Made by a program: the position numbers and the translations under genes. Shown piece by piece: positions 12,922 to 29,812 of a stretch of DNA of 64,000 nt (within the stretch, counting starts at the first letter, position 1; the number at the start of each line of letters is the position of its first letter). Under the pieces are notes generated by a model, which was given only the letters and a program-made list of their open reading frames with translations, did no database searches and had not been told where the DNA came from. The stretch lies in assembly GCF_009914755.1 (NCBI RefSeq), contig NC_060931.1. One strand, written 5' to 3'. Source of the DNA: the human T2T-CHM13v2.0 reference genome, Homo sapiens.

Positions 12922-13762
12922 TAGAGTCCTAAGCATTCTCCTGTTAGTAATGGGACTTTACTCATGTCCCATAAAGATGTTGTGCCCCAAAAATGAAGTG
13001 AAGGGCCATACCCTGAGGGAGGGAAGGGATCTCCAGAGTTGGAAGAGTGATGCTTTTTGTCCTCACTTATATGAATAGGAAGGAAACAATTTCTGAGGCT
13101 CCCCATATCCTAGCTTCAGGAATAGCTTTTGTTAGGCCTGCTTGTCTGAGGAGGGATCATAAAATTCCAGATAGTGCCCCCTACAATGGGGCTTTGGGCA
13201 AAAATTATGTCTTTCTAATTGGTGAGCCCGGGTGCCTAAAGAAGGGAATAGAGTCCTGAAGTTTATACTAGAAATCATTCTTATAGAAGAAACTAGAAAA
13301 GCACCAGAGACAGGGAGTGGTTTTTAGAAACGAGACTAGCCTCGGAGAAGAGAGGCAAGAGGAAGTTTGTCTGACAGGCATTAGGACCCAGGAGGAAAGG
13401 GTCAGGATAGACAGGATAGACGGTCAAGTCTCGCTTGGGCAACGTGACTTTGAGAGTTCCGCTTATGGCTGCAGGGTCAACCAATTTGTTGTTGGGACCC
13501 TGGAGCTGAATGGCTTTCCTGTCTGTCGATCCTTGGCTCAGCCCAGAAGTACAGGAAAAGCGGAAGCTGGTTCCAGACAAACCAACGCTCTCAACTCTGA
13601 AGAGTCAGGAGTTGTTAGAGAGCCTTTTCTCAGAAAGCCTGACACCCGTGTCTTTAGTCTGGCATCCATGCTAGTCACTTTTAACTGGCCAATAGGTGCC
13701 TGGTATTTAGTCCCCAAATTCTAAGGAAAAATAAGACAGAATAGCAAGCAAAAGGGGTCTGA

Positions 13763-14762
<1,000 letters not shown>

Positions 14763-14835
14763 GCACCACTGCACTCCAGCCTGGCAACAGAGCAAGACTT
14801 CATCTCAAAAAAAAAAAAAAAAAGAAAAAAAGAAA
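14763..14835 (+). mobile_element. AluSc-type element, 3' part and poly(A)
   Basis: GCACCACTGCACTCCAGCCTGGCAACAGAGC resumes exactly where 5338 stopped. Right TSD AAAAGTAAAAGGA at 14836-14848. Confidence 0.92.
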
Positions 14836-14889
14836 AAAAGTAAAAGGAATAACAATAATACCATAAGTATTTAGAATTTGGAGGGGAGG

Positions 14890-15470
14890 GTGATAAGCAG
14901 AATATGATCCCACAAGGATGTCCACATTCTAATCTCTGGGACCTGTGAATATGTTACATTTCATGACAAAGGGGAATTCAGGTTGCAGATGGAAGACTGT
15001 GAATCAGCTGACTTTGAAAGAGGAAGGTTATCCTGGATGGGCTCAATCTAATCATATGAGCTCTTATAAGTGAAAGAGTAAAGCAGAAGAATGGGTCAGA
15101 AATGTGTTGTGAAAAGAACTTAACTCACCAGTGGTTGCTGGCTTTTAATATGAATGAAGGTGGCTACAAGCCAAGAAATGTAGTGGCCTCTAGAAACTAA
15201 GAATGATCCTCGGTTTACAGCCAGCAAGAAAATGAAAGTCTTGATCCCAAAATCTCAAGTAACTGAATTCTGCCAACAACCTGAATGAGAAGGAAATGAA
15301 TTCTCCCCTGGAGTCTCCAGAAAGGAACACAGGGCTGCCAACACTTTGTTTTTAACCTAGTGAGATCTATGTCAGAATTCTGGCTTACAGAACTGTAAGA
15401 TAATACATTTGTATTGTTTTAGCCTCTAAATTTATGGTAAATTATTATGACAGCAATAGAAAACTAACAC
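14890..15470 (+). mobile_element. MLT1D-type MaLR LTR
   Basis: GATGTCCACATTCTAATC..ACCTGTGAATATGTTAC..; ends CAGCAATAGAAAACTAACACA. Confidence 0.8.
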
Positions 15471-17309
15471 AGCAGGTACATGGAGTTATGTACTGTTACA
15501 ACAGTAACAGTATGTTACTTGTAATATTATTTTACAATATTATAACTTGTGAAGTAAGAAGTAGAAAGTTTCAGATGTGAACTAGGAAGTATAAAATGTT
15601 CTATTATTGACTATAAATGTGCTTTTATAAGTTAAGAATATACTTTGTTAGTCCTAGAGCAACTATGTAAAAACAGAATAATAAAAAGATGTTTAGCCAA
15701 GACACAAATAGAAGATGGGGCACTAAAAATATTTGATTAACCCAAAAGAAGGCAAGAAATGAACCATGGAAGACTAAAAAAAACCCAAGAGACAAATGGA
15801 AAACCAACAACAAAAGGGTAGACTTAAACCCAACCACATAAAAATTACATTAAATGTAAATGGACTGAACCATTCAATTAAAAGGAAGAGATTATTGGGC
15901 TGGATAAAAACAGAAAGACCAAACAAGATGCAGCCTATAAGAAATGCATACAGCTATATAAAAATTTTAAAGTAAAACAATGGTAAAAATGTGTATTATG
16001 CAAATAGTCATCATAAGGAAATTCATATGAAATAGTAATTTAAGACTTTAAGAGAAAAGATATTAGGGTATTATAAAAGATAAAGAAGGGCATTTTATAA
16101 TGATATGACTTCCCATGCCCCTAAATATTCTTCCACTGAATGAGAGCTTCAAAATTTATAAAACAAAAACAGACAGAATCAAGGGAGAGAAATAAGCACA
16201 TTTGCAACCATAATTAGAGATTTTAACACAAATCTCTTGGTAATTGAAGAGACAAGTAGGCAAAAAAATTAAGACATGAAAGACCTGAACAAACTATTAA
16301 GCAAATTTACCTAATTAACTTTTATAGAACACTATATCCAATAACTGAAAAAATATATTAATTTCTAGTGCACATGAAATATTCACCAAGATATACTGGG
16401 CCATAAAATAAATCTCAATACATTTCAACAAAGCATGTTCTCTGACTAGATAGAAATTACGTTAATAACCATAAATAAGTTGTCACAAAAATGGAAATAA
16501 AATTACACACTTTTCAGTAACCCATGGGTTAAAGAAGTAATGAAAAGGGAAATTAGAAAATAAAAGTGAAAGATAATGAAAACACAAAATATCAAAATCT
16601 GTGAGATATTTAAAGCATGCTGATAAATTCATTTCTTTTGTGCTTATTCTAAAAAATAAAGTTTTAAAAATCTATTTCAACTTTTAAAAACTAGAAAAAG
16701 GATAGCAATGTAAATAAGAAAAAGGACATAATAATGACAAGGGCAAAAATAAGGAAATAAAAAAACAGACTGTACCCGAGAGAGAGAAGGAACATAGATT
16801 TTCAATATCAGAAATGAAAGAGAAGTATACTACAGATGCTAATGAAAACTAATAGGAAAATATCACCAACATAAAATAGTGAAATACCTTGAAAAATACA
16901 TCTCACCCAATCTGACTCAAAAAATAAAAAATGTAAATAGCCCTATATCTATCAAGAAATTAAATTCATAATTAAAATTATAAGCATATATTAAAATTCA
17001 GAATTTAAAACCTTCTAATTTATTTTCAAACATTGGTATTTTAATAATACAATTTCTATCAATAACACCAACTTTACATCATCTCTTTCAGAATTCCAAT
17101 AAGTATACAAAATGTTGCTCAATATTGTTAGCCATTCCTCTAAGTGTAAATTACAACCAGAAATCATACCAGTTCCTACCCATTATAATAGCTAAAATTA
17201 AAAAGACTGACAATTCTCAGTGTTAGTAACAATGTGTAGCAAGTGGACGTCTCCTAGATTCTGTTGGGAGTGTGTAAAACCACTTTTGAAAATAGTGTGA
17301 CAATTTTTA
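15471..17309 (+). mobile_element. Old L1M fragment (ORF2 endonuclease region onward); further pieces at 5024-5099 and 18366-18450
   Basis: ATTACATTAAATGTAAATGGACTGAAC..ATTAAAAGG near 15845 encodes the ITLNVNGLN..IKR endonuclease start. A-rich and internally deleted. Confidence 0.75.
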
Positions 17310-17311
17310 TA

Positions 17312-18363
<1,052 letters not shown>

Positions 18364-20568
18364 TAGTCAAATATGAATTTCCCATGTAACTGAGCAACTC
18401 TACTCTTCATCATTTACCCAGGAAAGAAAACATTTTGCCAAAGTATTAGATGAAGAGTCATTTTCTATGAAGAATAAGTATTCAATAACCATTTCCAGCG
18501 TTCCCCACTATTATCCTGGACTAGATGAATATAAAAGATATATTATCTGCCTTATGGAAACTGCCTTCTAAGATTAAAAAATAATCAAAATATACTTGAA
18601 TTTCAAAAATTTAAAATCCACTTTGAATTGTACTTGCACAAATTTTCATTTTTACATAATAGATCTAACTAGTTAGGGAGCTGTTTCTTTCTTGATGGCC
18701 TATCCAAGAAATAATTTTCTTTAATTTCTAGGCTCTTGAAATGATTGATGAATCTATAGAAGAGCTTTCTGTGCTGGTTCTCAGTGAATCACCAGAAAGA
18801 CTCATGAGTTTCTTTTAACATTTCAAAGCTATTCAAAAGTGCAGTCCAATTTGGTAATTGAAAGAGTGATTATTCTCTTTGTGAATTATATAGCTTCTCT
18901 GTTTCTCTTATTCTTTGGTTATTTTATCCCCACTTGTCTGTTTCTCCATTGGAAAAGAGGCTTGGACACTAGAAGAAAGCCAGGTCATAGTTAAGTAAAT
19001 ATGTTTACTTGGCAAATACCTCAATTTGTGGGGAGAAATGAACACTGTAGTTTAAATAATGGTTTTAGAATTATCTTAAACTTTTTTTATGACAAGCTTC
19101 GTATCTTGACACTACTGATGTGGGGTGTGTGTATGTTGGGGTGGGGGAGGAAAGAGAGATGGTTATGATAAACAGTAGACTCAATAGTTCGAACATAAAA
19201 CATAAAACTAGTTTTATTTTTAAAAACTGTTACTTGTCAAAGTAGACTTTTTTTTCTCCTGTTTAACATGCTACCTCTTAGTCATGGAGTAGCTATGAGC
19301 ACAACCAATGTCATTCTTTAAAAAATTATTCCAATGGGGGCAATACTGGTCTTGGGAAGGAAAGCCTACACTTGATGCAATAATATATGGTTAACAAATT
19401 CACAATTGAGTGACTTTTCTTGCAGCTGTGGTTCAAATTATAGACATTTCAGATGTTTAATGGTGACTTTAATTTACTGTGAGGAAGTGTATGATGAGCA
19501 TCTGGAAGGACATGATTTTACTTTAATCATTTTGATTTAGGTGATAGTAATTACAAGTATCATCATGGTCTGTAGAGAAAACATTGGTTTTACTGTTACC
19601 TGCCAGGACTTGTTTCCATCCTTTACCAGGGCATTTTTTTCTTGGACCAGGAGGAGTTAAATCATCATTCTGAAATTTCCTTTGCTACTTAAGTGCCTGG
19701 CATGATCATGGATTCATAATAATGGAACAAATTGATGAGTTTACTTAGCCAAAATGACTACGGTTTAAAAGATTAGGAATAATGGTGTTTAAGTTAACTG
19801 GGAAAAGCAGTGTTAATCTGCCCCAGAAACTTTACAGCTAAGTAGATGCAGCAATTTGAAAGACCTTGAAGTAACATAAACTGCTTCTGACTGTGCAGGT
19901 AGTTTTAGGAAAAGTTTCACTAAGTGCTTAGCCAAGAAGGCATTAAGTATGGAATGAGGCAAAAGCCTTTCTCTTAGCTCTTCAGTCATTCTATTTCCTG
20001 TTTTAACAAATACAAAAAAGAGACTTAAACTCAACAACAAAATATCTCAGCTAACTAAGAGGTTTTTCAACCCAGAGGGACTATTCAGAAGATAGGAATA
20101 AACATACTTCAATATGGAGACATCATTAAGCATATGTAGCACATGGCAGATATCAATAATATTTATTGAATGAATATATGAAAATACCACCAATCAAAAC
20201 TTTATTAGAAGTCAGTTGTTGAACAGCTACTAGATTGTAAATTTATCTTACAAATATGAGAATCATGGTTTAAAAAATATGTGGAATCCCCTAAAGACTA
20301 CTTCTCCATTGAAAAGATCCAATTCTGTTCTTGGCTCAGCTAATATCGTTCTTCTGGGCTCTCTGCCTCTTATATTTTTTTATCTGTAATATGGGGGCCA
20401 CAGCATATTTTCTTTCTACATCACTAAGTTGTGGTGAAGATCACTTGAGCAAATAGCAATGTGTCAGAAACTGAAGAGAGTTGAAAGATGTAGTGTTTTC
20501 TATATTATTCTATTTATGTTTTCCTAGGTACTCCCTTTTCTCTTGTTCCTCTCCCACATAAATACTGC

Positions 20569-21568
20569 TGATAGGGGCAGGAGGCAGACATATCCCTAGG
20601 CAGATGAGGCGGGTTTCTGGTGAAACCCCACCTTCAAACCAAAGACACTTTAAAGCCTGAAAGCCAAGCTACAAGTCTTGATAAATCAATGGACCAGATT
20701 CAGAATCTCTCTTCCCGTGTGGCGCACTTTCCTCTGATAGATCTCTGCCCTTCTCCTATTTTACATATACCTACCCTTCCCTAGCTGGGTTTTTACACTG
20801 TCATACCCATCTTTGAGTGCTGTCTTTGTTTTAGCCTTTTTTGCATACTCACAAATCAATCAGCATGCACTCCCTTATTCTGAGCCCCTAAAAACCCCGG
20901 ATTCATCCACACTTTGGGACTGCCCGCCTTTAGGTGGGAAGAGACCACCCAACTTCGGAGAGGGGGCTGCACTCTGGGGTCCTCTCTCTGCTGAGACCTG
21001 TCGCTCAGTAAAACTCTCCTCACCTTCGGTTGTCAGGGTAACCTCTTTATTCTTGGAAGTGAAACAAGAACTCGGGACCTGCCAAAATTGAGTACCAGAA
21101 AGGCTGTAACACTGTAGCCCTCCACCCTCTGCCAGAGGTGGGAAGCCATCCCACATTACGCGAAGACACCCCACATCACGGGAAGCCGTGGCAGGGCTAG
21201 GCCAGCCCCAGAGCCGTGGTCAAGAACAGGGCCACGGGACTAAAAGAGCTGTTAGCACACTGTAAAACACCCCCCTGGGCTTCACGGTTGCTGGCATCCC
21301 TGTTCAGGTGACACAGCATTCCCCTCGTCCAGACTCCACGCCCAAGGCAGAAGCAGGTTGTGGCATACCCAGCCCAGCTGCGGGCTGAGCGCGGATCCCG
21401 TGGCGAGTGTGGGATCTGCGCAGGAGTGCAAGCCAGGCGCAGTTCACTGGGCTGGGTGGAGAGGGTACCTCCTGTGGTGAGTCCGGGGCTGAGCCAGGCA
21501 CAGGCAGGGGCATCACTGGCCATGGAGGTCTCCAGCTGGTGAAGTGGCTCTGAGAAAAATCCTGCACA
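20569..21568 (+). mobile_element. Solo ERV1 LTR of the LTR1/LTR27/LTR28 group
   Basis: Starts TGATAGGGGCAGGAGGCAG, ends GAGAAAAATCCTGCACA; flanked by ACTGC at 20564-20568 and 21569-21573; CpG-rich 3' half. Confidence 0.82.
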
Positions 21569-21931
21569 ACTGCTAAAGGTATTTGAGATCCAGGCAGTGT
21601 GCTTTTTTCTGGACGTTATAAATAAGCCATGCTTTTGGTCCTGAGGTCACTCAGAGGTTATACTCAATTATTCCAGAGTCAATTAGGCCCAGTCCTGTTT
21701 AGCTAGGTTTGCTCTCTCTTGGGCTGTTTCTCTTGAAGCAATTTTTCTCCATATTAGAACCTCTCTCTAAGGATACATAGCAGAAATTAAAGAATGCCAA
21801 CATCATATTTTCTTAGAGTTTAAAAAAAGGCATTAGGGACCTCAGCACAGACCGTCCTGTTACCTAAGCATAAGGTCACACAAAGTTCCTTGGTCATGAG
21901 AGACCACATCTACATATAGCAAAGCTGAGTA

Positions 21932-21988
21932 CAGTGAGCCGAGATCGCGCCACTGCACTCCAACCTGGGCGACAGCGAGACTCTGTCT

Positions 21989-22038
<50 letters not shown>
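21932..22038 (+). mobile_element. Severely 5'-truncated AluY-type insertion with A49 tail
   Basis: 58 bp of Alu 3' end plus pure poly(A) at 21990-22038; TSD AAAGCTGAGTA at 21921-21931 and 22036-22046. Confidence 0.92.
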
Positions 22039-22041
<3 letters not shown>

Positions 22042-22539
22042 GAGTATTCCCCAGCTCCCTATCCAGTGCTTTTTTCATGACTCCAGTCTAATTAGTCTGG
22101 TAAAGATGCTTTTGGCATAGAGGAGTTGAAGGTCTTAGTTGAAGTGGGGGTAATCTTTTTGCCCTGTCTTTTCTACCATCTTTGCCTGGGTATTTGATAG
22201 GTGACTTTGAATGTGGAGTCTCAGAAACTGTAGTGAAGATTTTTAAAACTATGAACTCTGCAGGTCCCGGTTTTGTCCTTTAGTTCATTATTTGGAATCC
22301 ATAAAACACAGATTCTATGAAGAGAAACTCCTAATGCCAGATGCTTTTAGTGGTTAGGTTATTATTATTTTTTAAAGTAGCAACTTCCAGACTCTAGTCA
22401 AAGTATATCCTGGACTTATAAATTATGGAATTTGTACTTAAGTACAAATTTATTTTGTACTTTTTTGTTTATTTTACGGAAATTTGAACTAAATATTCCC
22501 CAGGTAAAGGTATCATGATGGATGGAGGTCTCCCAACAT

Positions 22540-22955
22540 AATTTCCTCCTTATCCAATTAGTCTACCAATCCTGCTAATCCCGTTCACCCTGCCAGTGCC
22601 TGGTTTAGGAAAAGCATGTGATCTGATTGTAACCAATGATCCATTAAGGAAGGTCTGCTAGGTGGGGTTGGGAATTATGGGAAAGATTTCCTTGCTCCTA
22701 AAAAGTTAACAAGGAAGACATGGCCCATTTTCTTTCTCTAGACACAGTTATATCCGGATGTGATGCCTAGAACTGCTACAGCCATCCTGATGTCTGCCTG
22801 AGAATGAACCCGACCAGAAAGCATTGTAGACCCAAAGTGGGTGTTAGAGAGGTAGAGACAGAGACCTGAGAAACTGTGTCTTTGGGAAATAATTATTTTA
22901 ACCTGTTTAATAGAAGTTTTCTGTTAACTGCAGCTGAAGGCATTCTAATTGAAAA
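22540..22955 (+). mobile_element. Old ERVL-type LTR (LTR16/LTR33-like)
   Basis: GGATGTGATGCCTAGAACTGCTACAGCCATC and terminal GTTTTCTGTTAACTGCAGCTGAAGGCATTC. Confidence 0.6.
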
Positions 22956-24199
22956 TGTGGGTGACAGAAATTCTAACTTTATCCTTGATAACCCACCCTC
23001 ACACCCTCATCTCTGAAAATGCTTTGAAAAATAGTTTGCTGATACATGGCCATTCTCTGTGAATTTCTCTCTAAGGAAATGTGGCTCTCAGAACACAGAA
23101 ATAAAAATTATTTATAAAGACCCTTCCTAGATAATCTACTCTGCTTCAGGTGGGTTGGATAAAGGATAGAATTAGTTCAGGTATTAGAGAGAAAAGTCAA
23201 CCAACAAGCCTATTAAGTGTCTACTTGTGCCCAGTATTTTACCCAAAACTTAATCGAGTAGATAAATTATTTGTATTTTTTCTTGAGAAAGATTGTTCAT
23301 ACTTGATTATTAGTTTCTAAAGAAAGTATTCTTAATTCCAAGCCTAATAGCTCTTATGTCATTAGTTTCTAGTGCAGAGAAATGTACTTGATGAATTTGT
23401 GTTGACTTTTTTTTTTGCTAGCCAATATGAAGGTTGCCAGTCCCTGCCAAAATCAGCACTAAAACTATTTTTCATGAGTAATAACAATAATATTCTTTTT
23501 TAAATAGCACCTTTAACCCAAAAATCTTAAGCCTATATAAACATTCACTCAACAATACACTCAAAATCTCAGTATTTGGTTGATGGGGAAATTAACCTAG
23601 ATGCAAGAACATGGAAATAAAGATAGAGCCTAGAATACTGACTCACAATAGTCTTTCAGTCTATTGTCCCCACCTAACTATTCAAGAAAAATAAAAAGTA
23701 CAGCGGCTTCAGCAGTATAAACACCTAAGCTTTTCCATCCCCAGCTGATGATTCATTATTTCCCTTTTCCTGCTGTTTAAAATTATTTTTTATTTTTATT
23801 ACATTTTATTTTTGACAGTGAGACATCTACATGTCAAAGGGTAAGGAAATTGAGCTGGTTAAAACTATCTAAATTTCTTGCATCTGCAAAAAATGACTTG
23901 GCAATATTTGAGGAGTGACGTTTCTTTAGATACTTACAGAGCTTCCTGTTGGGCTAAAGTATTGTCAAAACAATTTTTTTCTTGGTTCTTAAGTAATTCT
24001 CTTTATAAATTGAAAGGGAAGAGAAATTGGAATCAAATTTTATAAGAATAAGAAATAATAATGCATTAACTTTCCAATATTCTGAAGTTCACCAGATTAT
24101 GAGGAAAGCTTTGAACTCCACGATTTGGGACTTAGGATAAGCAGAAGCTAGGTAGAAGTCCATCTTTGACCAACAATATAAATTTTTAAGAAAATTTAG

Positions 24200-24834
<635 letters not shown>

Positions 24835-27800
24835 CCCTATACCCCAAAAATTTTTTAAAAAGGAAAAAAAAGAAAATTCATAGCAAAACTAAGATTTTAT
24901 GATATTGTATTTGACAGATGACAAACTTTTTGAATACAAACAAATGAAAATTAACAAGCTAATTATAAATTAGCAATTTTCCTTATTAAAGTAAACTCAT
25001 TAGGGTCTTGACGTGACAACATTTAGATGAATCCATTGTTGGCAATTGATGATTACTCTAAATTCCTAAAGACTTGGAATTGAAAGATCCTCACAGAAAT
25101 TAGTAAGAATGCATTTTTTAAAGGTAATTTTACTTATTCAGTTTTAGTACTCTTCCATTGGGGTCTATGTTAGCCAGGGGTCTGAGTCAGTCTATAAAGC
25201 ATCATGTGAACACGGCCGGTCAGCTCTCAGAAGGCAGTTTCACAGTGAAGATCTTACTAAAATATCCCCATCACATTTTCCTGCTGCTGAGTTCACAAAG
25301 AGAGCACAGAGGCAAATGTGGGTTTTCCTTTAGTTTACATTTTCAGCCTTCCATCAATAACTCTCAGCCATCCTTGTCAGGGACCTACACTGAAGCTGTG
25401 ATTTCATAAATTGCATAAAAGGATTCATTAATGCTGAAGTTTAATATGAAAATCAACATATCACAGGAAACATTCTAGATTTAGTAGGTGGTGCCACTTA
25501 CAATTTAGTGGAATGCCAAATCATATGTTTTATTGGAGATATACTTTATTTCTTTTTTATATTAGGCAAGATCTGTCCATCTGTTATTCTGGTTGTTAAA
25601 CTTGCTCTGAAATAATAACTGACAGGTAATTTCTAATTTTCAAGGAACTTTATTATTACATCGAATGCTCACAACTGCCCTATGAAATAACTTGGAAAAA
25701 CATTATTATCCCCACCATTGTCACTTGCCCTTGGTGGCTCAGCTGTTTAGCTGGCATTAGAATCCAGTCTCCTGATTTTTTATCCATTGATCTTTTTTTC
25801 TCCATCATTGTAACTTTCTTACAATCCTGAAATATGTGTGGATTATCCCTCACCTAACTCATTTATGTTAAAATATTGTCACTATCATCTTTATTTTCCT
25901 GTACTTCCTCCGTAAGAACTGAATCACCACATAAATCCCCATTTCTAGGCATAATATCTCTTTAGTGTTGCTATAAATTATTCAATAGATTTATCCTGCT
26001 TCTCAAAGGCTGATAAGCTTCATTGTGGAGATCATCTCTCCACTGCATGCTATTATTGTTACCCCACTGGAACAAGTCTGCATGAAAAATCCCTTATAAA
26101 ATCTTTATAATCTGAAATTGCTATAAATTACCCAATTCAGGAAGGAGAAAATAATAAAACATATCCACACCATACCCAGATTTTTGAAATGGTTGAGCCA
26201 ACTTTACTACTCTACCATGGAAGAAATCCAAAGATCAACAAACCCAGGCCCTCTGTAAGTCTCTTCATTATTATGTCTCTGCTATCACAAAGTATGTTAT
26301 CTGGCATCAAAATTACATTAATACTGTATTCACATTGCTCTTGCAAGAAACAAATACTTCTTTGTGTCTGAATTTTCCACATGGTTGCCCTGATGAAACA
26401 TATGCCATTGGAGGACAAATATATTGATGCAAGTGAAAAAGAGCAATTTAATTCCAGAACCTAGTTAGAGATAAAAGATGCCATCTCCTTATTTCCTGAA
26501 ATGCAGCTTATATAAAATGCCACACTGGGCTGAATTTGTGGAGAAAAAGCATGCTGCAACTTCATAACTGACAATTTTTCTAACTTGACATTTTGTTCAT
26601 TCCAAAAATGCTGAACCAAATTGTGGGCAACTTCTTCCCACCACTTCTGGCAAACCCATTCAGTAACTCTTAATGTTATTATTGAAGATGAATGAGCCAC
26701 CCAAGCTTTTAGAAACTCAATTCCAAAAAAATCTCTATAAGATTTTGGTACAAATGCAAAGAGCCAAATTTTGAAATTTCCTGGATCTGCAAAAATATTT
26801 TTTCCTGGGAGGACTTGCAGTGCTTCCTTTCTGGTTAAGCTGTGATTCTACAAACTTTCCTTGAAAACTGTGGTACTCCTGCCAGAAATTGAAGAATAAA
26901 AGGAAGAAACTGTAAACCCTTAAAAATAGTTATCTAGAATAATTATCAGTAAGTACAGATTTCATTGAGTAATTACTTGCTGGAACACTTGTTCTAAAAG
27001 GAGAGATTTTTGCAAAAGAATAAGATTATTTAATTCTCAATCAGCACATCTAAGCCACTCAGCTTCCACATTTCAGACTGAAGCTGAGGTAACTCTTTCC
27101 CAAATACTTGATGAAAAGTGAAAAACTAAAACAAGTTTCAACAGTTATGCAGGGCACAATCTGAATGAGTTCAGAAGATTTGTGTCTTATTATTTTTATT
27201 GAATTTACTTGTAACAGTATACAAGTTTAGACATAGACTTGGATATTTCCACAGGGTCTGGAAGAAACAGCATACTGGCCCTGAAATGCTGATATGACAT
27301 TCATTCTCTGAAAATAGCACACACCTCTTCCATCATCATGCAGCCCAGTTCCCGATGTATATAGGGCAATTCATAAATAATGAATGGATGAATAAATAGG
27401 AATAGAGTGTTTGCTGTTTGGTAAATTGTGCCTTCCTTCTCTTGGGAGACATAACCATTCATTTTCATACAGAGAGCCCTTGAAAAAATAATTTGAGCTT
27501 GATGCTAAGGGTCAAATGAGAGTTAGGAGAAGTGGAGCAAAGGATGCAAACAGTGCTAGTCATACCTTAACTAAACTGGTAGTCGTTTCCTATTCCTACT
27601 TTGGAATTTGTCTCCACATTAGTTCTCTTTAAGGAAAAATAACAGGAAATTCATGCTTTAACTGTTACTTAAAAACTAAAATGAAATGAACCAAAAGAAA
27701 CAACAACACCACCACCAAAACAATCCTAGACCTTAACCCTTTTCTGGAATTTGAAAGTTGGTCTTGAAATACTTTGGTTCACAGCATTTTGAAGTTGAAC

Positions 27801-28539
27801 AGAAGCACACTATATCCTGGGTTAGAAGGACTTTTGCAGGTTTGCAGAAGGTTTTTATATATCCAGCAGATAAAAGTCTCTCTTTGGTAATATTTGCCAG
27901 CCCATCTGATCTCTCCCCATGTGCAGAATTCCCATTGGCTTTACAGGGATTTTGACTAGAAGTAAGACGTAAAATCCCAGATCCCACCAAGCACTTAGAA
28001 CAAAGGAACACATTTTTGTTCTACTTTGACTTCCTAGTTACAAATATTTTCTAACTTGTTAGAATCAATTAAGAGGTAAATTATATCATGTTAAAAGAAG
28101 AAAATGGAAGAATCTAATGGATCTTAAGTGTCACAATTCAAGCACGTCGGAATGAGTCTTCTGATCCAAATTGGGTTTGTGGCTGGTCAAGCAACAACAA
28201 AGAGGGAGGAGTAAAATATAAATAGCTCTGTATAATAAAAAGAGGTAAATTACTGTATGACCAGAGTTACTAATTGTAGGATAATATGTGACTGACAACA
28301 ATGGTTTTGCTTTATAGACAGAATTAGGTATGAGGCTTATGTCATTGTTAGTAGTAATTGAGGTTGGAGAGACTCAGGGAAGGGCTGCTAGGAGAGAAAG
28401 AGGAATTTGCCAAATCTATTGAATACCTATTACAGGTCTACTATAGTCACTGTATTAATAGTTCAAGAACAAATTATACAGAGATGTAATTGTTTATAAA
28501 CACAGTTTCATCCTATGCTTTGTCTCATTTTAATTTTTT

Positions 28540-29812
28540 AAAACTTTTTAAAAATTTCAGTAGTTTTGGGGGAACAGGTGATGTTTCATTACATGGATAA
28601 GTTCTTTAGTGGTAATTTCTGAAATTTTGGTGCACCCATCACCCAAGCAGTGTACACTGTACCCAACGTCTAGTCTTTCATCCCTCATCCCCCTCCCATT
28701 CTTCCCTCTGAGTCCCCAAAGTTCATAATTCTTATGCCTTTGAATCCTCATAGCTTAGCTCCCACTTACAAGTGAGAACATATACTGTTTGGTTTTCCGT
28801 TCCTGAGTTACTTCAGTTAAAATAGTGGTCTCCAATTCCATCCAGGTTGCTGAGAATGCCATTATTTAATTCCTTTTTATGGCTGAGTAGTATTCCATAG
28901 TATATACATACCACATTTTCTTTATGCACTCATTGATTGATGGGCATTTGGGCTGGTTCCATATTTTTGAAATTGAAAATCACATTGCTATAAACATGCA
29001 TGTGCAAGTGTCTTTTTCATATAATGACTTCTTTTCCTCTGGGTAGATGCCTAGTAATGGGATTGCTGGGTCAAATGCTAGATCTACTTTGAGTTCTTTA
29101 AGAAATCTCTATACTGTTTTTCATCATGGTTGTACTAGTTGACATTCCCATCAGCAGTGTAAAAGTGTTCCCTTTGCATCACATCCATGCCAACATCTGT
29201 TGTTATTTTTATTTTTTAATTATGGCCATTCTTGCAGGAGCAAGGTGGTATCACATTGTGGTTTTGATTTGCATTTCCCTAGTAATTAGTGATGTTGAGC
29301 ATTTTTTCATATGTTTGTTAGCCATTTGTATATCTTCTTTTGAGAATTGTCCATTCATGTCCTTTGACCACTTTTTAATGGAATTATTTCTTTTTTCTTG
29401 CATATTTGTTTGAGTTCCTTGCAGATTATGGATATTAGTCCTTTGTTGGATGCATAATTTGCAAAAATTTTCTCCTACTCTGTGGATTTTCTGTTTACTC
29501 TGTTGTTTATTTCTTTTTCTGTGCAGAAGCTTTTTAGTTTAATTAAGTCCCATCTGTTTATGTTTGTTTTTATTGCATTTGCTTTTGGGTTCTTGGTCAT
29601 GAACTCTTTGCCTAAGCCAATTTCTAGAAGAGTTTTTCCCATGTTATCTTCTAGAATTTTTATGGTTCTTGTCTTAGATTTAAGTCTTTGATCCATCCTC
29701 AGTTGATTTGTGCGTACAGTGAGAGATGAAGATCCAGTTTCATTCTTCTACGTGTGGCTTGCCAATTATCCCAGCACCATTTGTTGAATAGGCTGTCCTT
29801 TCACCACTTTAT
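28540..29812 (-). mobile_element. L1PB-type 3' fragment
   Basis: L1PB 3' UTR (GATAAGTTCTTTAGTGGT..GGTGCACCCATCACC) and ORF2 C-terminal pieces ([11 protein letters not shown]). Confidence 0.88.

Noticed and set aside
18732-18853. Exon-like segment (TTTCTAG|GCT..TTG|GTAATT) translating ALEMIDESIEELSVLVLSESPERLMSFF
   Set aside because: It has an in-frame TAA, a weak donor, no recognisable homology and no convincing partner exons. A tBLASTn or conservation check would be needed to call a pseudogene exon.
26189-28011. Short ORFs in non-repetitive-looking DNA
   Set aside because: They are 60-92 aa, show no motifs or consistent splice structure, and are expected by chance.
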